A DNA stretch of 64,000 nt from Hemiscyllium ocellatum (taxonomy: Eukaryota). Position 1 is the first letter of the stretch; each line of letters opens with the position of its first letter. Under the pieces are notes generated by a model that was not told where the DNA came from, did no database searches, and saw only the letters and a list, made by a program, of their open reading frames with translations. Position numbers and translations under genes: made by a program. The DNA is taken from positions 186,001 through 250,000 of the forward strand of contig NW_026869147.1 in assembly GCF_020745735.1 (NCBI RefSeq), in the 5' to 3' direction. Shown piece after piece: positions 11,301-23,400 of the stretch.

Positions 11301-14300
11301 AGAGATAGGGAGGGGGTGTAGGGGGGTTACAGGGATAGGGAGGGGGTGTAGGGGGTTACAGAGATAGGGAGGGGGTGTAGGGGGGTTACAGGGACAGGGA
11401 GGGGGTGTAGGGGGTTACAGAGATAGGGAGGTGGTGTAGGGGGGTTACAGAGATAGGGAGGGGTTGTAGAGGGGTTACACAGACAGGGAGGGGGTGTAGG
11501 GGGGCTAAAGAGATAGGGAGGGGGTGTAGGGGGGTTACAGGGACAGGGAGGGAGTGTGGGGGGGGTTACAGAGATAGGGAGGGGGAGTAGTGGGGTTACA
11601 GAGATAGAGAGGGGGTGTCGGGAGTTGCAGAGATTGGGAGGGGGTGTCGGTGGTTACAGTGATAGGGAGGGGGTGTCGGGAGTTACAGAGACAGGGAGGG
11701 GGTGTAGGGGCTGGAGGATGTTACAGAGATAGAGAGAGGTGTAGGGCCTGGAGGGGGTTACAGAAGTAGGTGGGGTGTAACAGCCAGAGGCAGGTACAGA
11801 TATGATTGGATTTGAAGACAATTATGGTGTGTGTACAGCAGGAGGCAGTATTGCACAGCGAGCCATTGGGTGTTGCCAATCCCACATGGTGGTGTGTGAA
11901 CCAGACTCAGTGTGTGACACTCAGGATTGGATGGGGGAACAGAGATCGGAGAGACCGCAGTGTTTCACAATGAGCTGAACACCATGGAAGATGGGAATGG
12001 TGAGGTTAGTCAGGAGAGGAATGTGAGAATTGAGTCTGAGACAGACAGCTCTCTCTCCCACCCAGATACAGTGACGTGGCTCTGAGGGGATCTCTCCTCC
12101 TTACCTCCAGGCTTGAAGCTCATGATACATCTCCTCCCACATCCAGTCTCACAACACTTTTGCCAGATATCACAGTCGTCATCAGTGGAACATTGAGAGC
12201 CCAGTTTCATCTGACAAATGGGCTGGAGACGAGATTCTGCTGGACATTCAAAGGCTTCCTCTGTGGGGAAAGCATGACTCTGAGCTCAAACTAAACTGCT
12301 GCTGCACAGGGTTAACAGTTCACAACATCAAGGAGACCATTCAGATCATCTGGACTGCCCCAATCGCTCAATAACATCATTGCTGATCCACCACAGGGAC
12401 TGTACTTTCTGGTCATCTCCCCTCACACCCACATTCTGTTTACATCTCGCACTCACACGAACCACTTTGCTCTCCACCACACCCAGGGAAGACTCTCCAC
12501 TCGATCACAAATACAGGCACGCTGTCTCCTCTCCCTCACACACAGGAACGCTCTCTCCCTCACACACACAGGGACCACTCTCCTCTCTCACACATACAGG
12601 GACCACTCTCCTCTCACACACACACACAGAGACCACTCTCCTCACACACACACACACACACAGGGACCACTCTCCTCTCACACACACACAGGGACCACTC
12701 TCCTCTCACACACACACAGGGACCACTCCTCTCTCACACACACACACAGAGACCACTCTCCTCTCTCACACACACACACAGGGACCACTCTCCTCTCTCA
12801 CACACACACACAGGGACCACTCTCCTCTCTCACACACACACACAGGGACCACTCTCCTCTCTCACACACACACACAGGGACCACTCTCCTCTCTCACACA
12901 CACACACAGGGACCACTCTCCTCTCACACAAACACACAGGGACCACTCTCCTCTCACACACACACACAGGGACCACTCTCCTCTCTCACACACACACAGG
13001 GACCACTCTCCTCTCACACACACACACACACACACAGGGACCACTCTCCTCTCACACACACACACACAGGGACCACTCTCCTCTCTCACACACAGGGACC
13101 ACTCTCCTCTCACACACACTCAGGGACCACTCTCCTCTCACACACACACACACTCAGGGACCACTCTCCTCTCACACACACACACACAGGGACCACTCTC
13201 CTCTCTCACACACACAGGGACCACTCTCCTCTCACACACACACACACCACTCTCCTCTCACACACACACAGGGACCACTCTCCTCTCTCACACACACACA
13301 CACACAGGGACCACTCTCCTCTCACACACACACACAGGGACCACTCTCCTCTCTCACACACACACACACAGGGACCCCTCTCCTCTCACACACACACACT
13401 CAGGGACCCCTCTCCTCTCTCACACACACACAGGGACCACTCTCCTCTCTCACACACACTCAGGGACCCCTCTCCTCTCTCACACACACACAGGGACCAC
13501 TCTCCTCTCTCACACACACACACACACAGGGACCACTCTCCTCTCACACACACTCAGGGACCACTCTCCTCTCACACACACACACACTCAGGGACCACTC
13601 TCCTCTCACACACACACACACAGGGACCACTCTCCTCTCCCTCACACACAGCGAGCTAACCCCTCTCCCTCACACATGAGCACCTCTTGCCTCACAGAAC
13701 TGCACCTCTCTCGTACACTCTCCTCTTTGAGAGAAGAGTTCTCCCTTCCTCACCTTGCCTGTGGACCCCATAGACGCAGCGTTTGCCGCAGTTCCCGACG
13801 TTACAGCACTGCTTCCACCTTGCGCAGTCCTCGTCTACCTCACACTCCTCGGCATCGTCCCGGTCACAGATATTTTGCATCTGGAATGGTTTGGGACACT
13901 CTGCGTCTCGCTTTCCTGTGTTTGGGACAAATCCGAATTCAGTGAGAGGCTGGATGGAAATTCAGCACCGCCCTGGTTATACGGAGTATGGGATCATCCA
14001 GGGAAAAACAAGGGGAAGCCTGGAGACAAAGGGGTAGATTGGGGATGGCAGTCTGACAATGAGGAGGGAGGGTTTCACATTGGTTTCCGTTCTGGCTTGG
14101 CCGAACATGACAGCTCAGTGAGGAAGGTGAAATGGGAGTGGGGGGACCTGGGAGTCGGGGAAACGGGAATGGGGGAATACAGAGAGGGTGGCAAATGGCT
14201 GTCAGTTTTATGAGCAGCACCTTCCAATGGGAACAAGCTGATGACAACAGGATTGGGCAGACTGGGACTGGCTTTCCAATGGGATTTAGTAGACTGGGGG

Positions 14301-17300
14301 AGACTCACTCCCATTGGGAATGATCCTGAAATGGCTCTGGATGAGCTGAGACCTGGGAAGGAGTCTCCTACTGAGAGGGGACATCCTCAAACTGAATACT
14401 CCAACTGCAGGGGGCAGGGAGATTGGGTTCCTGGCACAGACAGGGGTCTCTGCCTCAGTCAGAGTGACTCCACCAGGTGTGTGCAGTGTTTGCGAAAGGA
14501 GGGAATGGGAGGGTCAGTCATCCTCACCGCGTTTGTGATACCGATGGACACATCTCTTCCCACATCCGGCCTCACAGCACGAGAGCCACAGATCACAGTC
14601 ATCGTCATTTGTACACTTCTGGCCGTAGTTAACATTGCACATCGGGGTAAGGCGCCTGGCATCCGGGCAGCTCCCATTCTCTGGAGAGAAGAAGGAAAGG
14701 GAAAAGACTGGGTTAAAGCTCAGTCCGAGTCTCAGGATAAACACCTCCAGATGGACAGGATGGAAACTGCATGGGGTAAGGTACAGAGGAAATCTCCCTC
14801 TACACTGTCCCCATCAAACACTCCCAGGACAGGGACAGCATGGCCTAAGATACAGAGGAAATCTCCCTCTACACTGTCCACATCAAACACTCCCAGGACA
14901 GGGACAGCATGGGGTAAAGTACAGAGGAAATCTCCCTCTACACTGTCCCCATCAAACACTCCCAGGACAGGGACAGCATGGGGTAAGGTACAGAGGAAAT
15001 CTCCCTCTACACTGTCCCCATCAAACACTCCCAGGACAGGGACAGCATGGGGTAAGGTACAGAGGAAATCTCCCTCTACACTGTCCCCATCAAACACTCC
15101 CAGGACAGGGACAGCATGGGGTAAGGTACAGAGGAAATCTCCCTCGACACTGTCCCCATCAAACACTCCCAGGACAGGGACAGCATGGCGTAAGATACAG
15201 AGGAAATCTCCCTCTACACTGTCCACATCAAACACTCCCAGGACAGGGACAGCATGGGGTAAAGTACAGAGGAAATCTCCCTCTACACTGTCCCCATCAA
15301 ACACTCCCAGGACAGGGACAGCATGGGGTAAGGTACAGAGGAAATCTCCCTCTACACTGTCCCCATCAAACACTCCCAGGACAGGGACAGCATGGCGTAA
15401 GATACAGAGGAAATCTCCCTCAACACTGTCTACATCAAACACTCCCAGGACAAGGACAGCATGGGGTAAAGTACAGAGGAAATCTCCCTCTACACTGTCC
15501 CCATCAAACACTCCCAGGACAGGGACAGCATGGGGTAAGGTACAGAGGAAATCTCCCTCTACACTGTCCCCATCAAACACTCCCAGCACCGGGTTATATA
15601 TAGAGTCATGCTCCTCTATCCCGTGTCCCCCCCATAACATCCCCCCACACCACAACCATCACCAGATGACCCCGCACCTCCTTTGAAGAATCGGAAAACA
15701 CATCTTTTTCCACAGCCAGCGTCACAGCACATTTGCCAACGGTCACAGTCAGTATCAGCCTCACACTCATCTCCTAACGTCATGTTACAGACCTTGCCCA
15801 GGGTACGGCTGTGTGGGCACTGGGACTCTCCCTCTGTGTGGGCACAGATATTGAGACATTATTACAGAGCCTGTTCTGAGCATACCGCCCTCCTTTACAG
15901 ACACAGGCCCCCAGACCCTTCCAAAGACAAATCCAGGGACAATAACCCACTGCACCCCACCGTCCAACCACCTCCCCATGACCACCCAAAGGCACGCCAC
16001 CTCTTTCTCCAACCCTGGTTAGAGCTGGGCTCACAGACAGTGCTCCATTGCCTCCTGTGTGCTGGCTCTGGGAGCGAGGCCTCCTGCTGTAATCTCACCT
16101 CAGTGAGAGCAGAGGGTCACAGGCTTGGCCATTTCCATCAGAGTGAGAGAAATAGTCTAAGAGTGTGAGTGTGANNNNNNNNNNNNNNNNNNNNNNNNNN
16201 NNNNNNNNNNNNNNNNNNNNNNNNNNNNNNNNNNNNNNNNNNNNNNNNNNNNNNNNNNNNNNNNNNNNNNNNNNNNNNNNNNNNNNNNNNNNNNNNNNNN
16301 NNNNNNNNNNNNNNNNNNNNNNNNNNNNNNNNNNNNNNNNNNNNNNNNNNNNNNNNNNNNNNNNNNNNNNNNNNNNNNNNNNNNNNNNNNNNNNNNNNNN
16401 NNNNNNNNNNNNNNNNNNNNNNNNNNNNNNNNNNNNNNNNNNNNNNNNNNNNNNNNNNNNNNNNNNNNNNNNGCGTGTGANNNNNNNNNNNNNNNNNNNN
16501 NNNNNNNNNNNNNNNNNNNNNNNNNNNNNNNNNNNNNNNNNNNNNNNNNNNNNNNNNNNNNNNNNNNNNNNNNNNNNNNNNNNNNNNNNNNNNNNNNNNN
16601 NNNNNNNNNNNNNNNNNNNNNNNNNNNNNNNNNNNNNNNNNNNNNNNNNNNNNNNNNNNNNNNNNNNNNNNNNNNNNNNNNNNNNNNNNNNNNNNNNNNN
16701 NNNNNNNNNNNNNNNNNNNNNNNNNNNNNNNNNNNNNNNNNNNNNNNNNNNNNNNNNNNNNNNNNNNNNNNNNNNNNNNNNNNNNNNNNNNNNNNNNNNN
16801 NNNNNNNNNNNNNNNNNNNNNNNNNNNNNNNNNNNNNNNNNNNNNNNNNNNNNNNNNNNNNNNNNNNNNNNNNNNNNNNNNNNNNNNNNNNNNNNNNNNN
16901 NNNNNNNNNNNNNNNNNNNNNNNNNNNNNNNNNNNNNNNNNNNNNNNNNNNNNNNNNNNNNNNNNNNNNNNNNNNNNNNNNNNNNNNNNNNNNNNNNNNN
17001 NNNNNNNNNNNNNNNNNNNNNNNNNNNNNNNNNNNNNNNNNNNNNNNNNNNNNNNNNNNNNNNNNNNNNNNNNNNNNNNNNNNNNNNNNNNNNNNNNNNN
17101 NNNNNNNNNNNNNNNNNNNNNNNNNNNNNNNNNNNNNNNNNNNNNNNNNNNNNNNNNNNNNNNNNNNNNNNNNNNNNNNNNNNNNNNNNNNNNNNNNNNN
17201 NNNNNNNNNNNNNNNNNNNNNNNNNNNNNNNNNNNNNNNNNNNNNNNNNNNAGGGTTACTCAGTGCAGTGATACCACATTGTCCATGGGAAGACCCTCTG

Positions 17301-18976
17301 ATAGTCTGGCTTCACACTGTCCTTACTGTGCAGTGAGCTGCTGTGAACACATTTCCTTCCGCAGCCCATGTCGCAGCATTGTTCCCAGCTCCCGCAGTCC
17401 TCATCTGTCACACACGATACATTCGAATGTCTCTTCACCCGGGACGGAGCGGGGCACTCTCCTTCCTCATCTATAACACAACAACATGGAGATTACAGGA
17501 GCAGGGAAAAGGGGTGGATTGGAGGAGGCATGCCTGACAGTGGGTCACTGTTGGAGGGTCAGTTGAGGGAGCAGGCACTGCTGGGGGATCAGTGCTGAGG
17601 GAGCAGGCATTGCTGGGGGATCAGTGCTGAGGGAGCAGGCATTGCTGGGGGATCAGTGCTGAGGGAGCAGGCACTGCTGGGGGATCAATGCTGAGGGAGC
17701 AGGCACTGCTGGGGGATCAGGGCTGAGGGAGCAGGCACTGCTGGGGGATCAGGGCTGAGGGAGCAGGCACTGCTGGGGGAATCAGGGCTGAGGGAGCAGG
17801 CACTGCTGGGGGATCAGTGCTGAGGGAGCAGGCACTGCTGGGGGATCAGGGCTGAGGGAGCAGGCACTGCTGGGGGATCAGGGCTGAGGGAGCAGGCACT
17901 GCTGGGGGATCAGGGCTGAGGGAGCAGGCACTGCTGGGGGATCAGTGCTGAGGGAGCAGGCACTGCTGGGGGATCAGTGCTGAGGGAGCAGGCACTGCTG
18001 GGGGATCAGTGCTGAGGGAGCAGGCACTGCTGGGGGATCAGTGCTGAGGGAGCAGGCACTGCTGGGGGATCAGTGCTGAGGGAGCAGGCACTGCTGGGGG
18101 ATCAGGGCTGAGGGAGCAGGCACTGCTGGGGGATCAGGGCTGAGGGAGCAGGCACTGCTGGGGGATCAGTGCTGAGGGAGCAGGCACTGCTGGGGGATCA
18201 GGGCTGAGGGAGCAGGCACTGCTGGGGGATCAGTGCTGAGGGAGCAGGCACTGCTGGGGGATCAGGGCTGAGGGAGCAGGCACTGCTGGGGGATCAGGGC
18301 TGAGGGAGCAGGCACTGCTGGGGGATCAGTGCTGAGGGAGCAGGCACTGCTGGGGGATCAGTGCTGAGGGAGCAGGCACTGCTGGGGGATCAGGGCTGAG
18401 GGAGCAGGCACTGCTGGGGGATCAGTGCTGAGGGAGCAGGCATTGCTGGGGGATCAGGGCTGAGGGAGCAGGCACTGCTGGGGGATCAGTGCTGAGGGAG
18501 CAGGCACTGCTGGGGGATCAGGGCTGAGGGAGCAGGCACTGCTGGGGGATCAGTGCTGAGGGAGCAGGCACTGCTGGGGGATCAGGGCTGAGGGAGCAGG
18601 CACTGCTGGGGGATCAGGGCTGAGGGAGCAGGCACTGCTGGGGGATCAGGGCTGAGGGAGCGGGCACTGCTGGGGATCCTCTACTCCACCACATGTGAAA
18701 ATAAAATAGAAATCTAAACCTAAGCCTCATCTGTGTAACTTCCAGAGTTGATTGGACTCCCTCACCCTCTGCTACTCTCTGGTTTGAACTCACCATCTGT
18801 CCAATCATATTTCCCACCAGCCGCTCTCTCTCTCTCTCTCTCTCTCTCTGTGTCCCATTCTCCTGGTCCCCTTTGCTCTCCCTCTCTCTCTCTCTCCCAT
18901 CTACCCACTGTCCCCTCCTGTCTCTGTCTCTCTCTCTCTCTGTTTCTCTGTCCCATTTTCCTGGTCCCCTTTGCTT

Positions 18977-19014
<38 letters not shown>

Positions 19015-20411
19015 ATCTTCCCAGTGCCCCCTCCTCTCTCTGTCTCTCTGTGTCCCATTCTCCTGGTCTCCTTTGCTCTCTCTCTCTTCTCCNNNNNNNN
19101 NNNNNNNNNNNNNNNNNNNNNNNNNNNNNNNNNNNNNNNNNNNNNNNNNNNNNNNNNNNNNNNNNNNNNNNNNNNNNNNNNNNNNNNNNNNNNNNNNNNN
19201 NNNNNNNNNNNNNNNNNNNNNNNNNNNNNNNNNNNNNNNNNNNNNNNNNNNNNNNNNNNNNNNNNNNNNNNNNNNNNNNNNNNNNNNNNNNNNNNNNNNN
19301 NNNNNNNNNNNNNNNNNNNNNNNNNNCCCTTTGCTCTCTCTCTCCCTGTCCCATCTTCCCAGTGCCCCCTCCTCTCTCTCTCTCTGTCTCTCTGTCCCAT
19401 TCTCCTGGTCCCCTTTGCTCTCTCTCTCTCTCTCTCTCTCTCTCCCATCTTCCCAGTGCCCCCTCCTCTCTCTGTCTTTCCCTCTGTCTCTCTCTCTCTG
19501 TGTCCCATTCTCCTGGTCCCCTTTGCTCTCTCTCTCTCACCCATCTTCCCAGTGCCCCCTCCTCTCTCTGTCACTATCTCTCTCTCTCTCTCTCTCTCTC
19601 TGTCCCATTCTCCTGGTCCCCTTTGCTCCCTCTCACTCTCCCATCTTCCCAGTGGCCCCTCCTCTCTCTCTCTATCTCTGTGTCCCATTTTCCTGGTCCC
19701 CTTTGCTCTCTCTCTCTCCGTCCCATCTTCTGAGTGCCCCCTCCTCTCTCTCTCTCTGTCTCTATCTCTCTCTCTGTCCCATTTTCCTGGTCCCCTTTGC
19801 TCTCCCTCTCTCCCCCATCTTCCCAGTACCCCTCCTCTCTCTCTCTCCACACCATCTCCCTCACAGTCTCACCCCTACAACGTACCATCATCCATGAAAC
19901 TGGGGATACAGATATTTCCACATTTGCTCTCACAGCAGCTCTGCCAGGCATCACAGTCTTCATCTCCGCTGCAACGATCTCCGAGTTTCAGGTCACACAT
20001 GGGCTCCAGGCGGTGGGGAGCAGGACAGGTATCATCACCTGGACAGCACAGAGACAGTATGGATACAGCTGTACAGAAACACACAACTCCCTCGGATCTG
20101 CTCGAGTGAGACACGAGCGGTAAACGAGGGACTCCCACGGCTCTTCCATCACTGACACACCAGCTCCACAGCCCCGGGATTCAGGAAGCCTCAGGTATTT
20201 AGGCAATTCCAGGTGAATCTCCAAATACCACATCCCCCTATCCCACGGATACACACACACACACACACCCTCACTCACAGAGACACTCTCTGAGTCACAC
20301 AGCCACACACACACATGCACACACCCTCACTCACAGAGACACTCTCTGAGTCACACAGCCACACACACACACACACACAGACTCTCACACACATATAGAC
20401 CAACAGACACA

Positions 20412-20478
<67 letters not shown>

Positions 20479-23400
20479 ACCCAGCTCCCTGCCCACACTG
20501 CCATGGTCTGTCATCACCACAGCATAGGCTCTGAACAAACAGAGATACACTGATCACTTACGGCTCATGAGGAAACGAGGTACACATCTCTTTCCACAGG
20601 TGGCATTGCAGCATGATGACCAGGCATGGCAGTCAGTGTCATTCTGACACACGTCTCCCAACTTCATCTCACAGAATGGGTCCAAGCGGGTGGAGGCAGG
20701 GCACTGGGTCGCTGGAAGGAACAAAGTGACAGTCACATCAGGACATATGGAGAGGGTCACACTCCCGCAGGACAGGGACAGCATGGGGTTAGATACAGAG
20801 TAAAGGTCTCTCTACACCATCCCCCCGATCACACACTCCCAGGGACAGGGACAGCATGGGGTTAGATACAGAGTAAAGGTCTCTCTACACCATCCCCCGA
20901 TCACACACTCCCAGGGACAGGGACAGCATGGGGTTAGATACAGGGTGCAGCTCCCTCTACATTGTCCCACCATCAACCATTCCCAGGGACAGGGACAGCA
21001 TGGGGTTAGATACAGGGTGCAGCTCCCTCTACACTGTCCCACCATCGACCATTCCCAGGGACAGGGACAGCATGGGGTTAGGTACAGGGTGCAGCTCCCT
21101 CTACACTGTCCCACCATCGACCATTCCCAGGGACAGGGACAGCATGGGGTTAGATACAGGGTGCAGCTCCCTCTACACTGTCCCACCATCGACCATTCCC
21201 AGGGACAGGGACAGCATGGGGTTAGATACAGGGTGCAGCTCCCTCTATACTGTCCCACCATCGACCATTCCCAGGGACAGGGACAGCATGGGGGTTAGAT
21301 ACAGGGTGCAGCTCCCTCTACACTGTCCCACCATCGACCATTCCCAGGGACAGGGACAATATGGGGTTAGATACAGGGTGCAGCTCCCTCTACACTGTCC
21401 CACCATCGACCATTCCCAGGGACAGGGACAGCATGGGGTTTAGGTACAGGGTGCAGCTCCCTCTACACTGTCCCACCATCGACCATTCCCAGGGACAGGG
21501 ACAGCATGGGGTTAGATATAGGGGGCAGCTCCCTCTACATTGTCCCACCATCGACCATTCCCAGGGACAGGGACAGCATGGGGTTAGATACAGGGTGCAG
21601 CTCCCTCTACACTGTCCCACCATCGACCATTCCCAGGGACAGGGACAGCATGGGGTGAGGTACAGGGTGCAGCTCCCTCTACACTGTCCCACCATCGACC
21701 ATTCCCAGGGACAGGGACAGCATGGGGTTAGGTACAGGGTGCAGCTCCCTCTACACTCTCCCACCAACAAACCCTCCTGGCTCGATACCTGTAGCCAGTG
21801 GGATGATACACAGAGCTTAACAGGAGTGGTGCCTTACGTCTGGACAGGAACTTGAAGACACATCTGTTCCCACAGGTGGTATTGCAGCAGGTTTGCCAGC
21901 CCTCGCAGTCGCTGTCCTCATTGCACTGAGTGTGGAAACTCATGGTACAGACGTGGCTCAGTCTGGAAGGTGAGGGACACCTTTGTTCGCTCCCTACAGA
22001 GACAGAGGCTTCATCTTAGCTTCAGAAACTGCTGCTGCTGCTGCTTGAACTATCATTCACTGACTTCGCCCCGAGCTCAAGGGCAGGGTGATAGAGAGAA
22101 AGAGAGAGAGAGAGACAGAGAGAGGGAGAGAGAGACAGAGAGACAGAGAGAAAGAGAAACAGTAACAGAGAGCAGGAGAGACAGACAGAGACAGAAAGAG
22201 AGGCGGGGGACAGAGGAAGACAGAGACAGAATAAGAGAGAAATAGACAAACATAGACATAGAGATTGAAAGAGAGAGGGAAGGAAAGACAGACAGACAGC
22301 CAGAGAAGGAGACAAAGAGAAAGAAACAGACAGTGAGAGACAGAAAGAGAGTTAGACAGAAAGAGCAAAACACAGTGAGAGGGAGGGAGGGAGAGAGAGG
22401 CAGAGAGAGGGAGAAACAGAGAGACAGAGTTGGGGAGACACAGACAGAGAGAGACACATACATAGAATAAGCGAGATTGAGAGGAGAGAGTGAGAGAGAG
22501 AAAGGGAGAGACAGAGACAGGGAGTGAGAGACACGGTGAGAGACAGAGGGACAGATGGAGAGAGGGAGAGAGGCAGACAGAGGGAGACAAAGAGAAATTG
22601 AATGGGAGAGAAAGGGTGAGTGAGAGATGTTTTGGGGAGAGAGAAGCTGAGAGAGAGAGAGAGAGAAAAACAAAGAGAGAGAGGCACAAATCGACAGAAA
22701 GACAGAGTTCCACGGAGTGATCATGTCTGCCCGATATCGCAGAGACGTCCATTGACAGAGGGAAAGACAGAGAGCGAGGGAGAGAGCGAGAGACACACAT
22801 GGACACATACACAGAAATAGCAACACAAACACAGTGACTTTCTGTGTCTCCCGATCCCTGATGAACACGGTCTGTGGTGGAGGTTGTGGGTGGGGAGGGA
22901 GAGGGTAGGCTGCTGCTCAGTAAACGGAGTTACTTACCCCTGCTGCGGTAGGAATGGACACAGCGACGCCCACAGCTGGTGTTGCAGCACATCTGCCATG
23001 CGTAGCAGTCATTATCTTCCTCACACAGCTCACCGTACTTCAGGTTACACACGGCAGAGAGGCGAGCAGGAGAAGGACACATTCCAGATGTCCGATCTGT
23101 CACAGAGAGAGAGTGAGGGAGGGAGGGACAGGGAAAGGGAGAGAGGGACAGGGAAAGGGAGAGAGGGACAGGGAAAGGGAGAGAGATAGACACAGCTCAG
23201 ACACAGAGGAAGGCCTCATCAAGGACATCAGTTCCCCACACTCTGCCTGCTGGGATAAGGATATTCCCCACACTCAGCCTGCTGGGAACAGGGTATTCCC
23301 CATACTCAGCCTGCTGGGAACAGGGTATTCCCCACACTCAGCCTGCTGGGAAAAGGATATTCCCCACACTCAGCCTGCTGGGAACAGGGTATTCCCCACA

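Larger units (their letters stand above)
940..17250. repeat. Tandem segmental unit copy 1 (exons A-P), ~16.3 kb
   Basis: Exons and unique intron flanks recur nearly identically at +16317 bp (A1 to A2). Contains N gaps. Confidence 0.9.

Noticed and set aside
12380-13945. 521-aa His/Thr-rich plus-strand ORF
   Set aside because: Translation of a (CA)n compound minisatellite; frame and length are not conserved between copies.
14241-15686. Long ORFs on both strands with 23-aa repeats
   Set aside because: A 69-bp minisatellite (divisible by 3) whose copy number ranges from ~3 to ~14.
15850-16170. Possible signal-peptide exon upstream of exon P
   Set aside because: The minus-strand ATG GAA ATG GCC ORF stops after 12 codons and has no hydrophobic core, and that part of the region is missing in copy 3.
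16165-17271. ORFs spanning N runs
   Set aside because: Assembly gaps; they carry no information.
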